Shown in pieces: positions 1 through 13,901 of a DNA stretch of 64,000 bases. How positions within the stretch are numbered: position 1 is the first letter of the stretch; the number at the start of each line of letters is the position of its first letter. This DNA is from Bilabrum cf. latius. Its lineage: Eukaryota. The stretch covers positions 1 through 64,000 of the forward strand of contig OZ237742.1 in the NCBI GenBank assembly GCA_965178125.1, in the 5' to 3' direction. The notes under the pieces were generated by a model. The model saw only the letters and a list, made by a program, of their open reading frames with translations. It was not told the origin of the DNA and made no database searches. The position numbers and the translations under genes were made by a program.

Positions 1-3000
1 CGCCTAAGTACCGCTGCAGTACTCTCACCGATGGTACCTTCCTCCAATGGCAAGCGGAACTAGTCCCGCCAGGGCCTCCGCATATCCTCCACGTCAAGCG
101 CATCCCAAGGCTCCACCTACCGTGCACGAAGCAGTCGCCTGGTCCTGTCGTAGACGGAAGTGCTCATATATCTGAACTTCTAGATCCGCCGCATGGCTGC
201 CAAGACTGCAGCTCGGGTGAGGCTGTCGACACGGGCAGCCTCTTGCGTCGAACCCGGCAGCGCCAGCGTCAAGCGCTCCCCTGCGTGCGTGCCCCTGCGA
301 ACCAAGTCGAGTTCCTCTTCCTTGACCAAACGGCCCTGCCGACGGACCGTGCCGATAGCAATCTGGAGCAGGTTGTCGTGTAGCACGGTGGCCGCCCTGC
401 CAGCAAGCATCAGCTGCAGTGGGGAGGCAGACTGGGTCCCATCCACCCTTATGGTATCCGGCACTCCGCCCAGCGGGAGCGACCCTAGCCTGAACCGTCC
501 GTCGTCATCCTAGCCGGTAAGACACAGCGCTAGCGGAAATGGCACACCAGGGGTGTTCACCGGAATCGCCGTCCCATGCGGAAACTTCTCGTTCTTGCCT
601 CCTCTCACCATGGCCGCAAATGCACCAATTGCCGCCAAGGGAACGTCCTCGTACGCCTTCTGGAGCGCGGAGACCATGTCCTCGAGCGTTACTCCCAGGT
701 TTCTCATGGTCTCGTGCATCAGCGAGGCTGGAGCTCCCAGTAAGGTGGCCGCTTTGGCCTGCTGCTCAATGCTCTGCGTCAGAGCCACGGTATTCTCGAG
801 CTGCATGACCACCTCGGACGCAAGCCTCCCTGGGCTGATTCGCACTACAGCAGTCAGTAGAGGGCCTGGTGCGTTGATCAGCACGGCAGACACCAAGGCC
901 GGGTGCAGCATTCGACCAATGACCCGGCCGAGCTCCACGCAGGGATCGTCACTGCCGCTCTGCAGGAACGACCTCAGATCCAGCAAGGCGCAGTCCTTGG
1001 GAGACTCAGTCCCAGCGGCGAATCCGACAACGTGGCGCCGGCTGTCAGCCCGTGTTACCGCGAGTGGTCGCTACCCCGTGCAGGCAATGAGCGAGGCCGA
1101 CTGCACACCCACCACGATGAGTGACGCTACGCCGTGCAGCAGCTTCGGAAGCACCTCTGGAGAGCGGGCCTCCGGATCCGTGATCTCCCTCACCCCGCCC
1201 CTGGTCACAACCTGAAGCACCATAGCCAGAGTTGCCTGGGCTACGCGGCACTGGCCGTTCCAGTTGCGTGGATCCTTCTCCACCGTTCGCCGTCGGTCCG
1301 CAATGGTGCCATCCGCCACATGCCAGATGGCCTGCCGCAGTCTGGCCTCGGGACGCGGAAGGACGGACTCCATGATGGACCGGGTCATGGCTTGCCCAGT
1401 CTGGGTGGGGGCCACCATCTGCGACACATCCAGCGCAAGCATGCGCAGCTCCCCTGCGACTGCCTGCTGAACAGCTAAACCGTCCGACACCTGCTCAGCC
1501 GCCATAGCCTTTATCTCGATACTGGCCGCCGTAGCCATGGCCCCTCGGACCGCCTCCTCCAAGTCCCGCGTGACGGCATGCGCCACCTCCCGCTGCACCA
1601 TGGCAGCAACTGTGTCAAAGAAGGGCGCTCGAACTGTCGACGTTCCTTCCGCCAGGGCATCCACGAGACTGGCGTGTCCGTCCTCAAGTCCCAGCGCCAT
1701 TGCTAGTCCCATCAGAAGACCGGGCCCTGCCATGCTGAATTCGACGCGAAGCGATGCTCGAGCGTCACCTATAGCCTGCAACCTGCGACACGCGATCTCG
1801 GTGGCCTCGTCGTGCGCAACCCTTGCCATGGTGGCCGCAGCAGCCCGCCCCACCTTTGGAACCTGCTGCCTGCATCGCTCCAGCTCACCATACAGCCGAG
1901 ACCCAAGCCGTTGGTGACTGTCGCCGCTGAGCCTCGTGGAGCGGAACGCCTGCTCGACGTACATCTGCACCCCGTGAGATACGCTCAGCATCGCGGGCAA
2001 GAGCTTACGAACAAACTCGTCGTCCCGCTCGCGGGTGGCCTGCGATACCAGCTCAGCCACGTGCTGAAAGTCATGCTTAGTCATGGCAGCTTGCGTATCG
2101 CCTCTGGCACGAGCCCTGAACTGCACACTGCCCAGAGATGGGCTCATGAGCAGGCAGTTCACGTTCTCTTCATCCACTTGCATTGGGAAGACGAACTAGC
2201 TCCCCACCTGTCCGAAGCCCGGTACGGAGGAGATGTCGGCCACGGCATCACCCGCAAGTGCCATGGCATGACGCAGGCCCAGCACGCTCGGAAACGCAGC
2301 GTGCATGTCGCCGCCACCTGCCATGAAGCCCAGGTCCATGGAGAGCAACACGGGGTCCTGGCACTGGATCTCTGGTCGATGTTGCCCGAGCTCCGTCGCC
2401 ATGCGGATGGCGTCCCTCCCGGCGGCAAGAGGGTCGACAAACACTACAGGGTGCCCGCCGTGGTCCGGAGGGTCCTCCTCAGGCTCACCAGCGGCCGGAG
2501 CCTGTCGCAGCATCAGGGATCGCATCACAGCAACCGCCGCCTGGTTCTGGCCCCCGACGACCAGGATTCGGTAGATCGAGCACGCCAGGACCCCTTGGAT
2601 CTTCAGTCCGTCAGGATATCTCAGCCTGTGGGGCAGATGGCTGACCTGGGTGGGATGCAGGGCCGCGTCCTCGCTCAGAACCCGGAGCACTTCGCACAGG
2701 AAGTACCCGGGCCTGATGCGATGCCCGCCATCAGGCTCAGCAGTCCCACGCACGCCCATGTGACGGTCTCCAGGACTCAAAGTCTCGGTGTGGGTGCTTC
2801 CGCGAGAGACACCGACGGGCGAGTCGGTTGCTACAATCGCGTACGATGCGGAGAGTCCCTGCGCCGTCGTGGCAGTCCTCGGGGTCGACTGCACCATGAA
2901 CTCGGGCCCGCGGTACCCCTCCTTCTCTCTCACGTAGTTGATGGCACCTGCGATGCCAATCAGGAGCGACTGCACGGCCTGGTCGAACGGCGTTCCAACG

Positions 3001-5762
3001 AGGCGCATTCCCTCCAGTCGCCGGATGTTCCAGCGCCTCGCGAGTGTGCGCAAGGAGGCCTGCTCTTCCTCAGACCCTGCGTGAGCAACGCCAAACACCC
3101 GAGCCACACCGCCCTCCGGTAGCACGACTCGCACCTCAGCCGCCCCCGCCAGGAGGACAGAGACCGAGACGTCGCCAGATCCGACCCCGCGCTGTTTGGG
3201 CATCATCGTGAGGTACTTGCGGAGCGTGGCACGTGCGGATTTCACGGCCCTGGCATTGCCTCGCACTGTGCCGGTGCTTCCCTCCAGGATCGCTTCAGCT
3301 TCCTCTAGCACCCCAACCTCCTCGCTGCTCTGGTGGAAGCGACGAGCTGCACTTCGAACGTCCGATGTCAGGGATTGGACGGTCACGTGGTCCCCTGCTG
3401 GTGCAGGGAGAGCGTGATGGATGCGGTGCAGCCGCAGCGGCTCCGAATCCACACCCATGTTCTGGATCCCCATCGGTCCAAGGTACGCGACGTCGATGCG
3501 GGGTGAGTAGTACGCGCCGTGACTCCTCGGCGTGCCGGGATTGTCCCGCTCCTACGTGGGGATGTGCCGGTTGAAGACGATGCTGTAGCCGAGCCGGGGC
3601 CTGGATGAGCCGCTCGTGTCCACCTCGGTGCGCTGGTGCTGCTGCGTGGCCGACTGCACCCTGATCTGCCCCCCGTCCCTCTGCAGACCCCTGCGCCCGC
3701 AGAGGACCCCATCCTGCGTCGCCGAGTCGGCTCCAATCAGCACGTCGATGAGGCCGTAGGCTTGGTCCAGCGGCTCGTCCAGCAGGAGCCGTGACACCGG
3801 CCCCCCAAGCGCCAGCATGAACGGGCTGGTCTGCACCTCCTGGGAGGCTCCGGCGCCGGATAGGATCCCGACCACCTCCATGGCGTCGACATCGGAGAGC
3901 TCAGAGCGGACCGCCACGGGGGCCGCCATGCCGTCTGGTGGGTTCCGCAGCACATCCGGGGCGGCCTCCTGCTCCTCTTCAGGCTCGCCTTCCAGCTCGG
4001 CATCCGCAGCTCCGAAAGCCTCCGCGGCAGGATCTCCACCATCCGCTTCCTCGTCGCCACCTTGGTCTCCGTCCGAGTCCCACTGGCCTTCCCCACCCCA
4101 CTCGCCTTCCCCAGCCTCATACCCGGCATCTTCGTCGCCCTCTGCATGCTCCTCCGCCCCAGCCGGCTGCGCCGCCGGCCCCTCCTCCATCTCGTCCTCG
4201 TCCTCGTCCTCGTACATGAACGCTGGAGGCTGCTCGGAGAGCCCGACCGCGTCAAAGACCGTCTCGTCCACGCGGTTGTACTCGATGTAGTGATCCCACT
4301 CCGTGCGGAGCGGAGAGAGCTTGTGGCTGTGCAGCCCGGGCTCCGCCAGCATCGGAGACGGCCAGAAGCTGACCGCCACCGAAGCCAGCTTGCTCCGAAT
4401 GAAGGCAGCCCCTTCCTCGTTCAGGTCTTCGCTCTCCAGCATCTTGGTGATGTCAGTCCAGCCAACGAGCTGCACGAGAAAGCGGCCGCGCCTCTGCGCG
4501 CGCTGCTCCACGCCGGCAGCATCAGTCTCGGCATGCAGGAGGCTGTCCACGACGACAACGGCGCGCCTCTGGTACGCCCACCAGCGCCGCATGCCTTGCA
4601 TGGTCACCGTCTCCATCACTGGAGGTGCGAGCGCCCTCCACACCTCGGGAGGCAGCTCCTGCCTGCCAACGCAGGTCAGCAGGCCCTGCAGGGCCTGCAC
4701 CGCCTCGTCGTCCACCTCCCATATGTGGTAGGCCAGCATGGGGTGCTGCGCGAGGTCGTCTGTCGCCTCGTGCATGCCGAACCGGTACTCGGGCGGGAGG
4801 TTGACGGCCAGGGCCTCCTCTCCCTGCGCTCCCCCAGGGTCGCCGACGACCAGGTTCCATGCCTGCACGGGTGGTGCACCGACCTCCCCTCCGGCGTCTG
4901 GGCCTGCGCCACCGCCTTGGGCGCCGGCTGCCTCTGCACCGGCAGCGAACACGACTCCAGGGACGGGCAGCTCGGGCGCTCCTCCCTCTGCCCCGAAGAG
5001 CGGCTGCTGGCCCTGAGCATCCCAGACCATGGCCTGCCGAGCTGCCAGGGTGGCCGCGTGGGCGGCTTGGCGCCCGAGGAAGATGGCCTGGACCGCTTCT
5101 GGGGGCTCGTCGTTGCCCATCGCGTCCTCCCCTGCGCCGACCCCGGCCAGGACGGGCACCTCGGCGAGAGGCACGGGCCCAGGGACGAGTTGGTGCTGGG
5201 CAGCCTGGGCAGCTGGCTGCTGCTCGGCTGCTGGAGGGGCCGGACCGACGCCGGCTGGCCCACCTGCAGGCTCCTGCTGGGGCTCCGGGATCGGGAGGAA
5301 GGCGTCGGCCTCGCCAGCTGGCGGCTCGGGCTGCAGGCCTCCTGGGACCGGCAGGTTGGCACCCGGACCAGCCGGGTGCTGGGGCGGGGCGGCGGGCATC
5401 GCCTGCTGGCCAGCAGCAAGAGCTGCACCCGGTGGTGGTTGTTGGACGCCCTCTTGCTGCTGGAGCTGGTGCTCCGGAGCATGCTCGCCAATGGCTGGGA
5501 CGGGGGCCGGCAGGCCTGCCGCATCGCCCCCCCCGGCTTCATGACCGCCTGGCGCTGGCACCACCTGGGCCGGGATCTGGGCTTGCACCTCGCCGGCCGG
5601 CGGGCCAGGCAGGGCGTCACCTCCTGGTTGAAGTGGCCCTGGTACTCCGATGCGCACGCGATGCGGGTTCTGAGCGTAGCCCTTCGCGCGGCGGTCCAGG
5701 AAGGCCCGGAGGTAGTCCAAAGCCTTCATGTGCTTGGTGGCGTCGTACGTCGACTGCGCCAT
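1..5762 (-). CDS. Giant intronless hypothetical protein (>1,900 aa, 3'-truncated by window edge); Gln/Pro/Ala-rich then acidic N-terminal third
   Basis: Track ORFs 3552-5762, 2196-3473, 1071-2183, 510-986 and 180-464 share one frame and are separated only by TAG (3552, 2196, 1071, 510, 180; also 117 and 60). I translated the gaps by hand and found no TAA/TGA down to base 3. No recognisable domain. Confidence 0.85.
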
Positions 5763-6377
5763 GACCAGACTGCGGACAGAGATGCCACAAGGATATATAA
5801 TATAGTTGGGATGTGATTAGTATGATGGTACGATGCGTTATTCCCTGGTGGCGCACTCGTCACGGCGGTGCCGCGCATCAGGTTCCGCACATGCTCCCGT
5901 CCACCAGAATTATTGTCGGAGTACTCCGCAATCAAGCAAAGTGAGCATTCGGCGCGCAGCCTACGCATCGCCGGGTAATTGTTTGCAGTATGTTATGATA
6001 TTTGATAATATGCGCGAGATTAGTTCCAACGATTGCTAGCCGTCGCGCAATTGAGGAAAACGTCTGCAGCACGTTGTGGCAAGCGCATCGCGCATCGCAC
6101 TCCCCAGGCATACCCCATCGATTTGACTCACGTTTGCTTCAGGTTTGTATGCACAATATGCTATAGTAGCTATATGCCAAGTATGCGCCTCTGCAATTAA
6201 ATACAAGGAGCGCAAAATGAGTGATTCTAATTCAGCGCTGCTGGTTGGGTGAATGAGCAGATTTCGGGATGACGAGTACAAGTTGTGTGCACCTACGTGT
6301 CTCGCGCCTGTGATCCCTGCCGCGTTCAAACGCCTGTTTGTGGCTTAATCCGTGTTCCCTTGGCACCACAGAGTACT
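5763..6377. promoter_or_regulatory. Putative bidirectional promoter region between two divergent orphan genes
   Basis: 615-bp interval, visibly more AT-rich than its flanks, between ATGs at 5762 (-) and 6378 (+); TATA-like GATATATAATATAG near 5792, about 30-45 bp upstream of the minus-strand ATG. Confidence 0.4.
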
Positions 6378-7009
6378 ATGGCCGCCGCAAAGAGCTACAG
6401 TGTCAAGCACACCAGCAAGTCTCGCCCCGTCGTGGCCGCCCTGGCTTCAGGTGTCGCCACGTCCGCGGCCAAGCAGGTCCTGCTGATCTCCCTCGTGGGC
6501 CTCCACCAAGACTGTGGGCTGCTCTGCGGGTCTACGGAACACTACGAAGGGACCAAAAAGGCGGGCATCAAGGCCTGTGTGGATGCCATCCTGGCGCTGG
6601 ATGAGTTTGAGGTGCCTTTTGGTGTGCTCACGGCGCTGAGCAGCCACCTGTGCCCAGACGCATCAGGCAGCAGCTCCGACTGGCCAGGTTTCAGGAAGAT
6701 GAAGCAGCTACTTACGGGCCTCCGCGACAGCGGCTATTCCGCCACGATTAACCCGTGGTTTAAGGCAGGCATGGATGGCCTGCAGAGACGCCACAAGGCC
6801 GTGCTCAAGTTCGTGTCCGACTACGGAGCTAAAAAAGGCTCTGTACGTGCGTGCGGAGGCATGGAGGCTGTGTTCATAGAGATGTTCGACATGGCAGTCA
6901 AGGACTCTGCCGTGGCTTCAGCAGGAGATCAAGGTGGTTCTTCGGGAGCCGCTGCTACCTCGATGAGTGGGGCACCCCGTGCTCGAAAAGACAAACGGAG
7001 TGCCATGGA

Positions 7010-7043
<34 letters not shown>

Positions 7044-7940
7044 GACGAGGACGAGGACGACCCTGACAACAATGTGAGGGGCTAGAGGGCCTACAAGGCC
7101 CGGAGAGCCCGGGGCGGGCCAGAGTCAGACGGCTCAGAGTCCAGCGACTCATTGACCGAGCGACTGAACAACGAGCTTCTAAGAGCCAAGCGGAAAGAGG
7201 AGGCCAAGAGAAAGGAAAAGGCAAAGGCCAAACTCAAGGCCAGGACCAAGGCCGCGGGCAAGTCGACGGGCAAGGTGCAGGGCAAGGTGAGGGCCAGGGA
7301 TGCGCACCTGGCAGAACCGTAGAGCAAGAAGGCGGCTGACGCCGCGCCTCGGGCACAGAGGCAACCCAAGCGATCGACCGTCTTCCAAGCAGGCTATGGC
7401 AAGGGAGGTCGCCGCACTGTTGAACAAGAGAAGAGGGGAGCAAGTGGCGCAAGGAGTGGAGCAGCAGCATCATTGCCTCGCCAGGACACTGACGAGGATG
7501 AAGAGGAGATCGGTGGTCGGTACCGCGCAGAAGCAGCCGGAGATCTGGACGAGGATGAGGCTCCAATGGGGCTTATGCAGCAGGACGAGGAGGATGAGGA
7601 GCAGCTGGACGAGGAAGAAGAGAACGAGGGCCACAACCAGCAGGACGACTCTGACCACAACGGTGGAATGGAGGACACCGGCTTCACCCCCTAGCAGCGG
7701 AACCTGATGAACCGCATCCTCGCTGCCTGCGATGACACCGCGTTGGACTGCAGCCAGACTGTCGAAGAGATGGTCGAGAACGTGCAAGAAGGCATTGAAA
7801 AGAGGGACCACGGGTTGGGCACGCTCGCAGACCTGATGACGGCCCTCGAGAAGACGGTGGAAGGAGATTTCAATGCGGAAGACGTCGACGCTGTGGAGGC
7901 GCTCCTGGCAGCTGTCGGAGCGGGATCCGATGATGGGTAA
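6378..7940 (+). CDS. Hypothetical protein (~520 aa) with poly-Asp/Glu tracts and a Lys/Arg-rich segment
   Basis: ATG 6378 (MAAAKSYSVKH). The frame continues through TAG at 7083, 7320 and 7692, joining track ORFs 6285-7085, 7473-7694 and 7707-7940. Ends at TAA 7938-7940. Confidence 0.8.
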
Positions 7941-8181
7941 GAAGCAGCTAGCGGGATGGCAATGGAGGTCAGTAGCAGCTAGACCAGCTTGTGAGAGGAG
8001 TTTGCCAATGTGCCGGCTAGTGACCTGTTAGGACGCAATAGTAGGAACCAACGGCCATTCTACCATAACAAGCCTAATATCAAGGCACTCCATCACGCAA
8101 GGGAATAAACACTTACACGTAAGTAACTGAAAAGAGCCATGTAATTGAATATCGGTCGTATCCCGCTGAAATCTCAACACC

Positions 8182-11100
8182 TTTGTACGATCCCCATGTA
8201 GCTTTGCTAGACCCCCATGTAGCATGCCATACCTCCATGTAGCCATGCACACACCCATACACATTTGCACGACCTCCATGTAGACATGCACACACCCCAT
8301 GTAGCCATGCACACACCCCATGTAGCATGCCATTCCGCCCATGTAGCCATGCACATACCCCCATACACATTTGCACGATCTACATGTAGCCATGCACACA
8401 CCCAATGTAGCCATGCACACACCCCATGTAGCCATGCACACACCCCATGTAGGATGCCATTCCGCCCATGTAGCCATGCACATACCCCCATACACATCTG
8501 CAAGATCCTCATGTAGCCATGCACACACCCCATGTAGCTTTGCACACACCCCATGTAAGTTTGCACGATCCCCATGTAGCATGCCATACCGCCCATGTAG
8601 CCATGCACATACCCCCATACACATTTGCACGATCTCCATGTAGCCATGCACACACCCAATGTAGCCATGCACACACCCAATGTAGCTTTGCACACACCCC
8701 ATGTAAGTTTGCACGATCCCCATGTAGCATGCCATACCGCCCATGTAGCCATGCACATACCCCCATACACATTTGCACGATCTACATGTAGCCATGCACA
8801 CACCCAATGTAGCCATGCACACACCCCATGTAGCCATGCACACACCCCATGTAGGATGCCATTCCGCCCATGTAGCCATGCACATACCCCCATACACATC
8901 TGCAAGATCCTCATGTAGCCATGCACACACCCCATGTAGCTTTGCACACACCCCATGTAAGTTTGCACGATCCCCATGTAGCATGCCATACCGCCCATGT
9001 AGCCATGCACATACCCCCATACACATTTGCACGATCTCCATGTAGCCATGCACACACCCCATGTAGCCATGCACACACCCATACACATTTGCACGACCTC
9101 CATGTAGACATGCACACACCCCATGTAGCCATGCACACACCCCATGTAGCATGCCATACCGCCCATGTAGCCATGCACATACCCCCATACACATTTGCAC
9201 GATCTACATGTAGCCATGCACACACCCAATGTAGCCATGCACACACCCCATGTAGCCATGCACACACCCCATGTAGGATGCCATTCCGCCCATGTAGCCA
9301 TGCACATAGCCCCATACACATTTGCACGATCCTCATGTACCCATGCACACACCCCATGTAGCCATGCACACACCCCACACACATTTGCAAGATCTCCATG
9401 TAGCCATGCACAGACCCCATGTAGCATGCCATACCTCCATTGTAGCCATGCACACACCCCATGTAGCCATGCACACACCCCATGTAGCCATGCACATACC
9501 CCCATACACATTTGCACGATCTCCATGTAGCCATGCACACACACCATGTAGCCATGCACACACCCCATGTAGCATGACATACCGCCCATGTAGCCATGCA
9601 CATACCCCCATACACATTTGCAAGATCTCCATGTAGCCATGCACACACACCATGTAGCATGCCATACCTCCATTGTAGCCATGCACACACCCCATGTAGC
9701 ATGACATACCGCCCATGTAGCCATACACACACCTCACATACACATTTGCACGATCTCCATGTAGCCATGCACACACACCATGTAGCCATGCACACACCCC
9801 ATGTAGCATGACATACCGCCCATGTAGCCATGCACATACCCCCATACACATTTGCAAGATCTCCATGTAGCCATGCACACACACCATGTAGCATGCCATA
9901 CCTCCATTGTAGCCATGCACACACCCCATGTAGCATGACATACCGCCCATGTAGCCATACACACACCTCACATACACATTTGCACGATCTCCATGTAGCC
10001 ATGCACACACCCAATGTAGCCATACACAGACACCATGTAGCATGCCATACCTCCATTGTAGCCATGCACACACCCCATGTAGCCATGCACACACCCCATG
10101 TAGCCATGCACATACCCCCATACACATTTGCACGATCTCCATGTAGCCATGCACACACACCATGTAGCCATGCACACACCCCATGTAGCATGACATACCG
10201 CCCATGTAGCCATGCACATACCCCCATACACATTTGCAAGATCTCCATGTAGCCATGCACACACACCATGTAGCATGCCATACCTCCATTGTAGCCATGC
10301 ACACACCCCATGTAGCATGACATACCGCCCATGTAGCCATACACACACCTCACATACACATTTGCACGATCTCCATGTAGCGATGCACACACACCATGTA
10401 GCCATACACAGACCCCATGTAGCATGATATACCGCTCATGTAGCCATGCACATACCCCCATACACATTTGCAAGACCTCCATGTAGCCATGCACACACCC
10501 CATGTAGCATGCCATACCGCCCATGTAGCCATACACACACCTCACATACACATTTGCACGATCTCCATGTAGCCATGCACACACACCATGTAGCCATACA
10601 CAGACCCCATGTAGCATGATATACCGCTCATGTAGCCATGCACATACCCCCATACACATTTGCAAGACCTCCATGTAGACATGCACACACCCCATGTAGC
10701 ATGCCATTCCGCTCATGTAGCCATGCACATACCCCCATACACATTTGCAAGATCTCCATGTAGCCATGCACACACACCATGTAGCATGCCATACCTCCAT
10801 TGTAGCCATGCACACACCCCATGTAGCATGACATACCGCCCATGTAGCCATGCACATACCCCCATACACATTTGCAAGATCTCCATGTAGCCATGCACAC
10901 ACACCATGTAGCATGCCATACCTCCATTGTAGCCATGCACACACCCCATGTAGCATGACATACCGCCCATGTAGCCATACACACACCTCACATACACATT
11001 TGCACGATCTCCATGTAGCGATGCACACACACCATGTAGCCATACACAGACCCCATGTAGCATGATATACCGCTCATGTAGCCATGCACATACCCCCATA

Positions 11101-12133
11101 CACAATTGCAAGATCTCCATGTAGCCATGCACAGACCCCATGTAGCATGCCATTCCGCTCATGTAGCCATGCACATACCCCCATACACATTTGCAAGACC
11201 TCCATGTAGCCATGCACACACCCCATGTAGCATGACATACCGCCCATGTAGCCATACACACACCTCACATACACATTTGCACGACCTCCATGTAGCCATG
11301 CACACACACCATGTAGCCATACACAGACCCCATGTAGCATGATATACCGCTCATGTAGCCATGCACATACCCCCATACACAATTGCAAGATCTCCATGTA
11401 GCCATGCACAGACCCCATGTAGCATGCCATTCCGCTCATGTAGCCATGCACATACCCCCATACACATTTGCAAGACCTCCATGTAGCCATGCACACACCC
11501 CATGTAGCATGACATACCTCCATTGTAGCCATGCACATACCCCCATACACATTTGCAAGATCTCCATGTAGCCATGCACAGACCCCATGTAGGATGCCAT
11601 TCCGCTCATGTAGCCATGCACATACCCCCATACACATTTGCAAGATCTCCATGTAGCCATGCACACACACCATGTAGCATGCCATACCTCCATTGTAGCC
11701 ATGCACACACCCCATGTAGCATGACATACCGCCCATGTAGCCATGCACATACCCCCATACACATTTACAAGATCTCCATGTAGCCATGCACACACCCCAT
11801 GTAGCATGCCATACCGCCCATGTAGCCATACACACTCCTCACATACACATTTGCACGATCTCCATGTAGCCATGCACACACCCCATGTAGCCATACACAG
11901 ACCCCATGTAGCATGACATACCGCCCATGTAGCCATGCACATACCCCCATACACATTTGCACGATCTCCATGTAGCCATGCACACACCCAATGTAGCCAT
12001 ACACAGACCCCATGTAGCATGACATACCGCCCATGTAGGCATGCACATACCCCCATACACATTTGCAAGATCCTCATGTAGCCATGCACAAACTCAATGT
12101 TACCATGCTAACACCCCAAGCAGCATGACATTC
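8182..12133. repeat. Complex satellite of ~21/22/43-bp modules with CATGTAGC core (~3.9 kb)
   Basis: Shuffled modules CATGTAGCCATGCACACACCC, CATGTAGCATGCCATACCGCC and CATGTAGCCATGCACATACCCCCATACACATTTGCACGATCTC; strongly C/A-rich on +. Confidence 0.97.
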
Positions 12134-13901
12134 CGCATCGTATAGCACGCACATCCTGTCTGTGGGCCGAGAAATCGGCGTTCTCCGTATAGCTAGGGTT
12201 ACGAAAGTGGCATATTTGGGTGTTTAATGGTCCATATCTCAGCCGATACTGGTCGTTGATGGCTGCGGCTTCGTCATAGCCGGGTCACGACTGCTTTCGC
12301 GTCGGTTACTTTTCGAACTCGGAGTCGAATTTCACACCCCTTCCTGCCCTCACTGTGCCCTCGGACTGTATCATGGAGGTGCTCCAGACCCACAGGCATG
12401 TGCTGCGACGCAGTTTGACCACCAGCATGCGTCACGGCGAATGGTAGAGTCAGAGACCTGAGATCTATGTGTTCCAGGATATGTGATCTCGGATTGCCGA
12501 AGTAGCCCGGCGTGGCATTTTTATAGAATGCATATTCAAACGCACCCATGCCGCATCTGGGTGCTGAGCTATCGCGGCTTGCGCAAATGTTTGGGCTAGC
12601 CCGAATCTTTGATCCATGTTTTCTCAGCCCGGAAATATGTCCAATGCCTTACACCTTCCACATGATGTCTACGCACCTCTGTTCCCTGGAATTACTCGGA
12701 GTTTCATAATTTTCAACCAAGTCTCACTCTTACCGGTCTGTGACATGCACCCTATTCCTAGCCTTGCCCCTTTGTGGGGGAGTTGCAAATTCGATTTGCT
12801 GATTCATGAGTTTGTATTATTGCACTGTATCATTTACGGTACTTGGTTTTCTGACATGATTAAAAAATCCACCCAATTTTCGGGGCCAAGCTCCTCTCGC
12901 CGGTATATGACATACACCCTATTCCTAGCCTTGCCCCTCTGTGGGGGAGTTGCAAATTCGATTTGCTGATTCATGAGTTTGCATTATTGCACTGTATCAT
13001 TTACGGTACTTGGTTTTCTGACATGATTAAAAAATCCACCCAATTTTCGGGGCCAACCTCCTCTCGCCGGTATATGACATACACCCTATTCCTAGCCTTG
13101 CCCCTCTGTGGGGGAGTTGCAAATTCGATTTGCTGATTCATGAGTTTGTATTATTGCACTGTATCATTTACGGTACTTGGTTTTCTGACATTAATGAAGA
13201 TCGCCAGTCACCCAGTCACTGTGGGCGTGGCGCCGACCAGATGAGCACTTACTTGTATTGCTCGATTGCTCGAGAGCTGTGTGCCAGCCATTCTCCAAAC
13301 TTCGCACACATGACACATGATGATGACTCAAAGTGCGAATGAACGGCTGAAATCAAGAAATCTCATTTACAGCTAATGAACGCCCCTTAGGAAAACCTCT
13401 TACCTAACCCGAACCCATGTACGTATGCAAACCCAACCATGTAGGTGTGCAAACCCCATACTTGCAATGCTTGATGTAATAGAATCACGGGGAATATTTG
13501 CCCCCAGTTGTGGTCCCCGGCCGTCCCGATGCAGTTTGAACGGTCTTCATATCTCATCTGGTTGCCGAGATCGCCGCGCGCATTTTTTCTGCCTGAAAAT
13601 CTTCGTCCCCCCATACTGTCGCCGCGCGGTCAAAACGGAACCTGGGGAACATTTGCCCCCTGTTGTGGTCCCAGGCCGTCCCGATGCAGTATGAACGGTC
13701 TTCATATCTCATCTGGTTGCCGAGATCGTCGCGCGCATTTTTTCTGCATGACAATCTTCGTCCCACCATATTATCGCCGCGCGGTCAAAACGGAACCTGG
13801 GGAACATTTGCCCCCTGTTGTGGTCCCAGGCCGTCCCGATGCAGTTTGAACGGTCTTCATATCTCATCTGGTTGCCGAGATCGCCGCGCGCATTTTTTCT
13901 G

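Noticed and set aside
1812-5816. Plus-strand ORFs of 436 and 584 aa
   Set aside because: Antisense shadows of the GC-rich minus-strand giant ORF.
1-7940. Calling the left genes gag/pol or viral genes
   Set aside because: No RT, RNase H, integrase, tyrosine recombinase, zinc knuckle or capsid motif recognisable; kept only as a hypothesis.
8028-12089. Long Cys/Met/His/Gly-rich ORFs (up to 710 aa) in the satellite
   Set aside because: The same peptides appear in all three frames because the modules are not multiples of 3; artefact of a stop-poor repeat.
13880-13901. CGCCGCG plus T-run in the 155-mer resembling herpesvirus pac2
   Set aside because: Very short low-complexity match with no supporting viral gene in the window.
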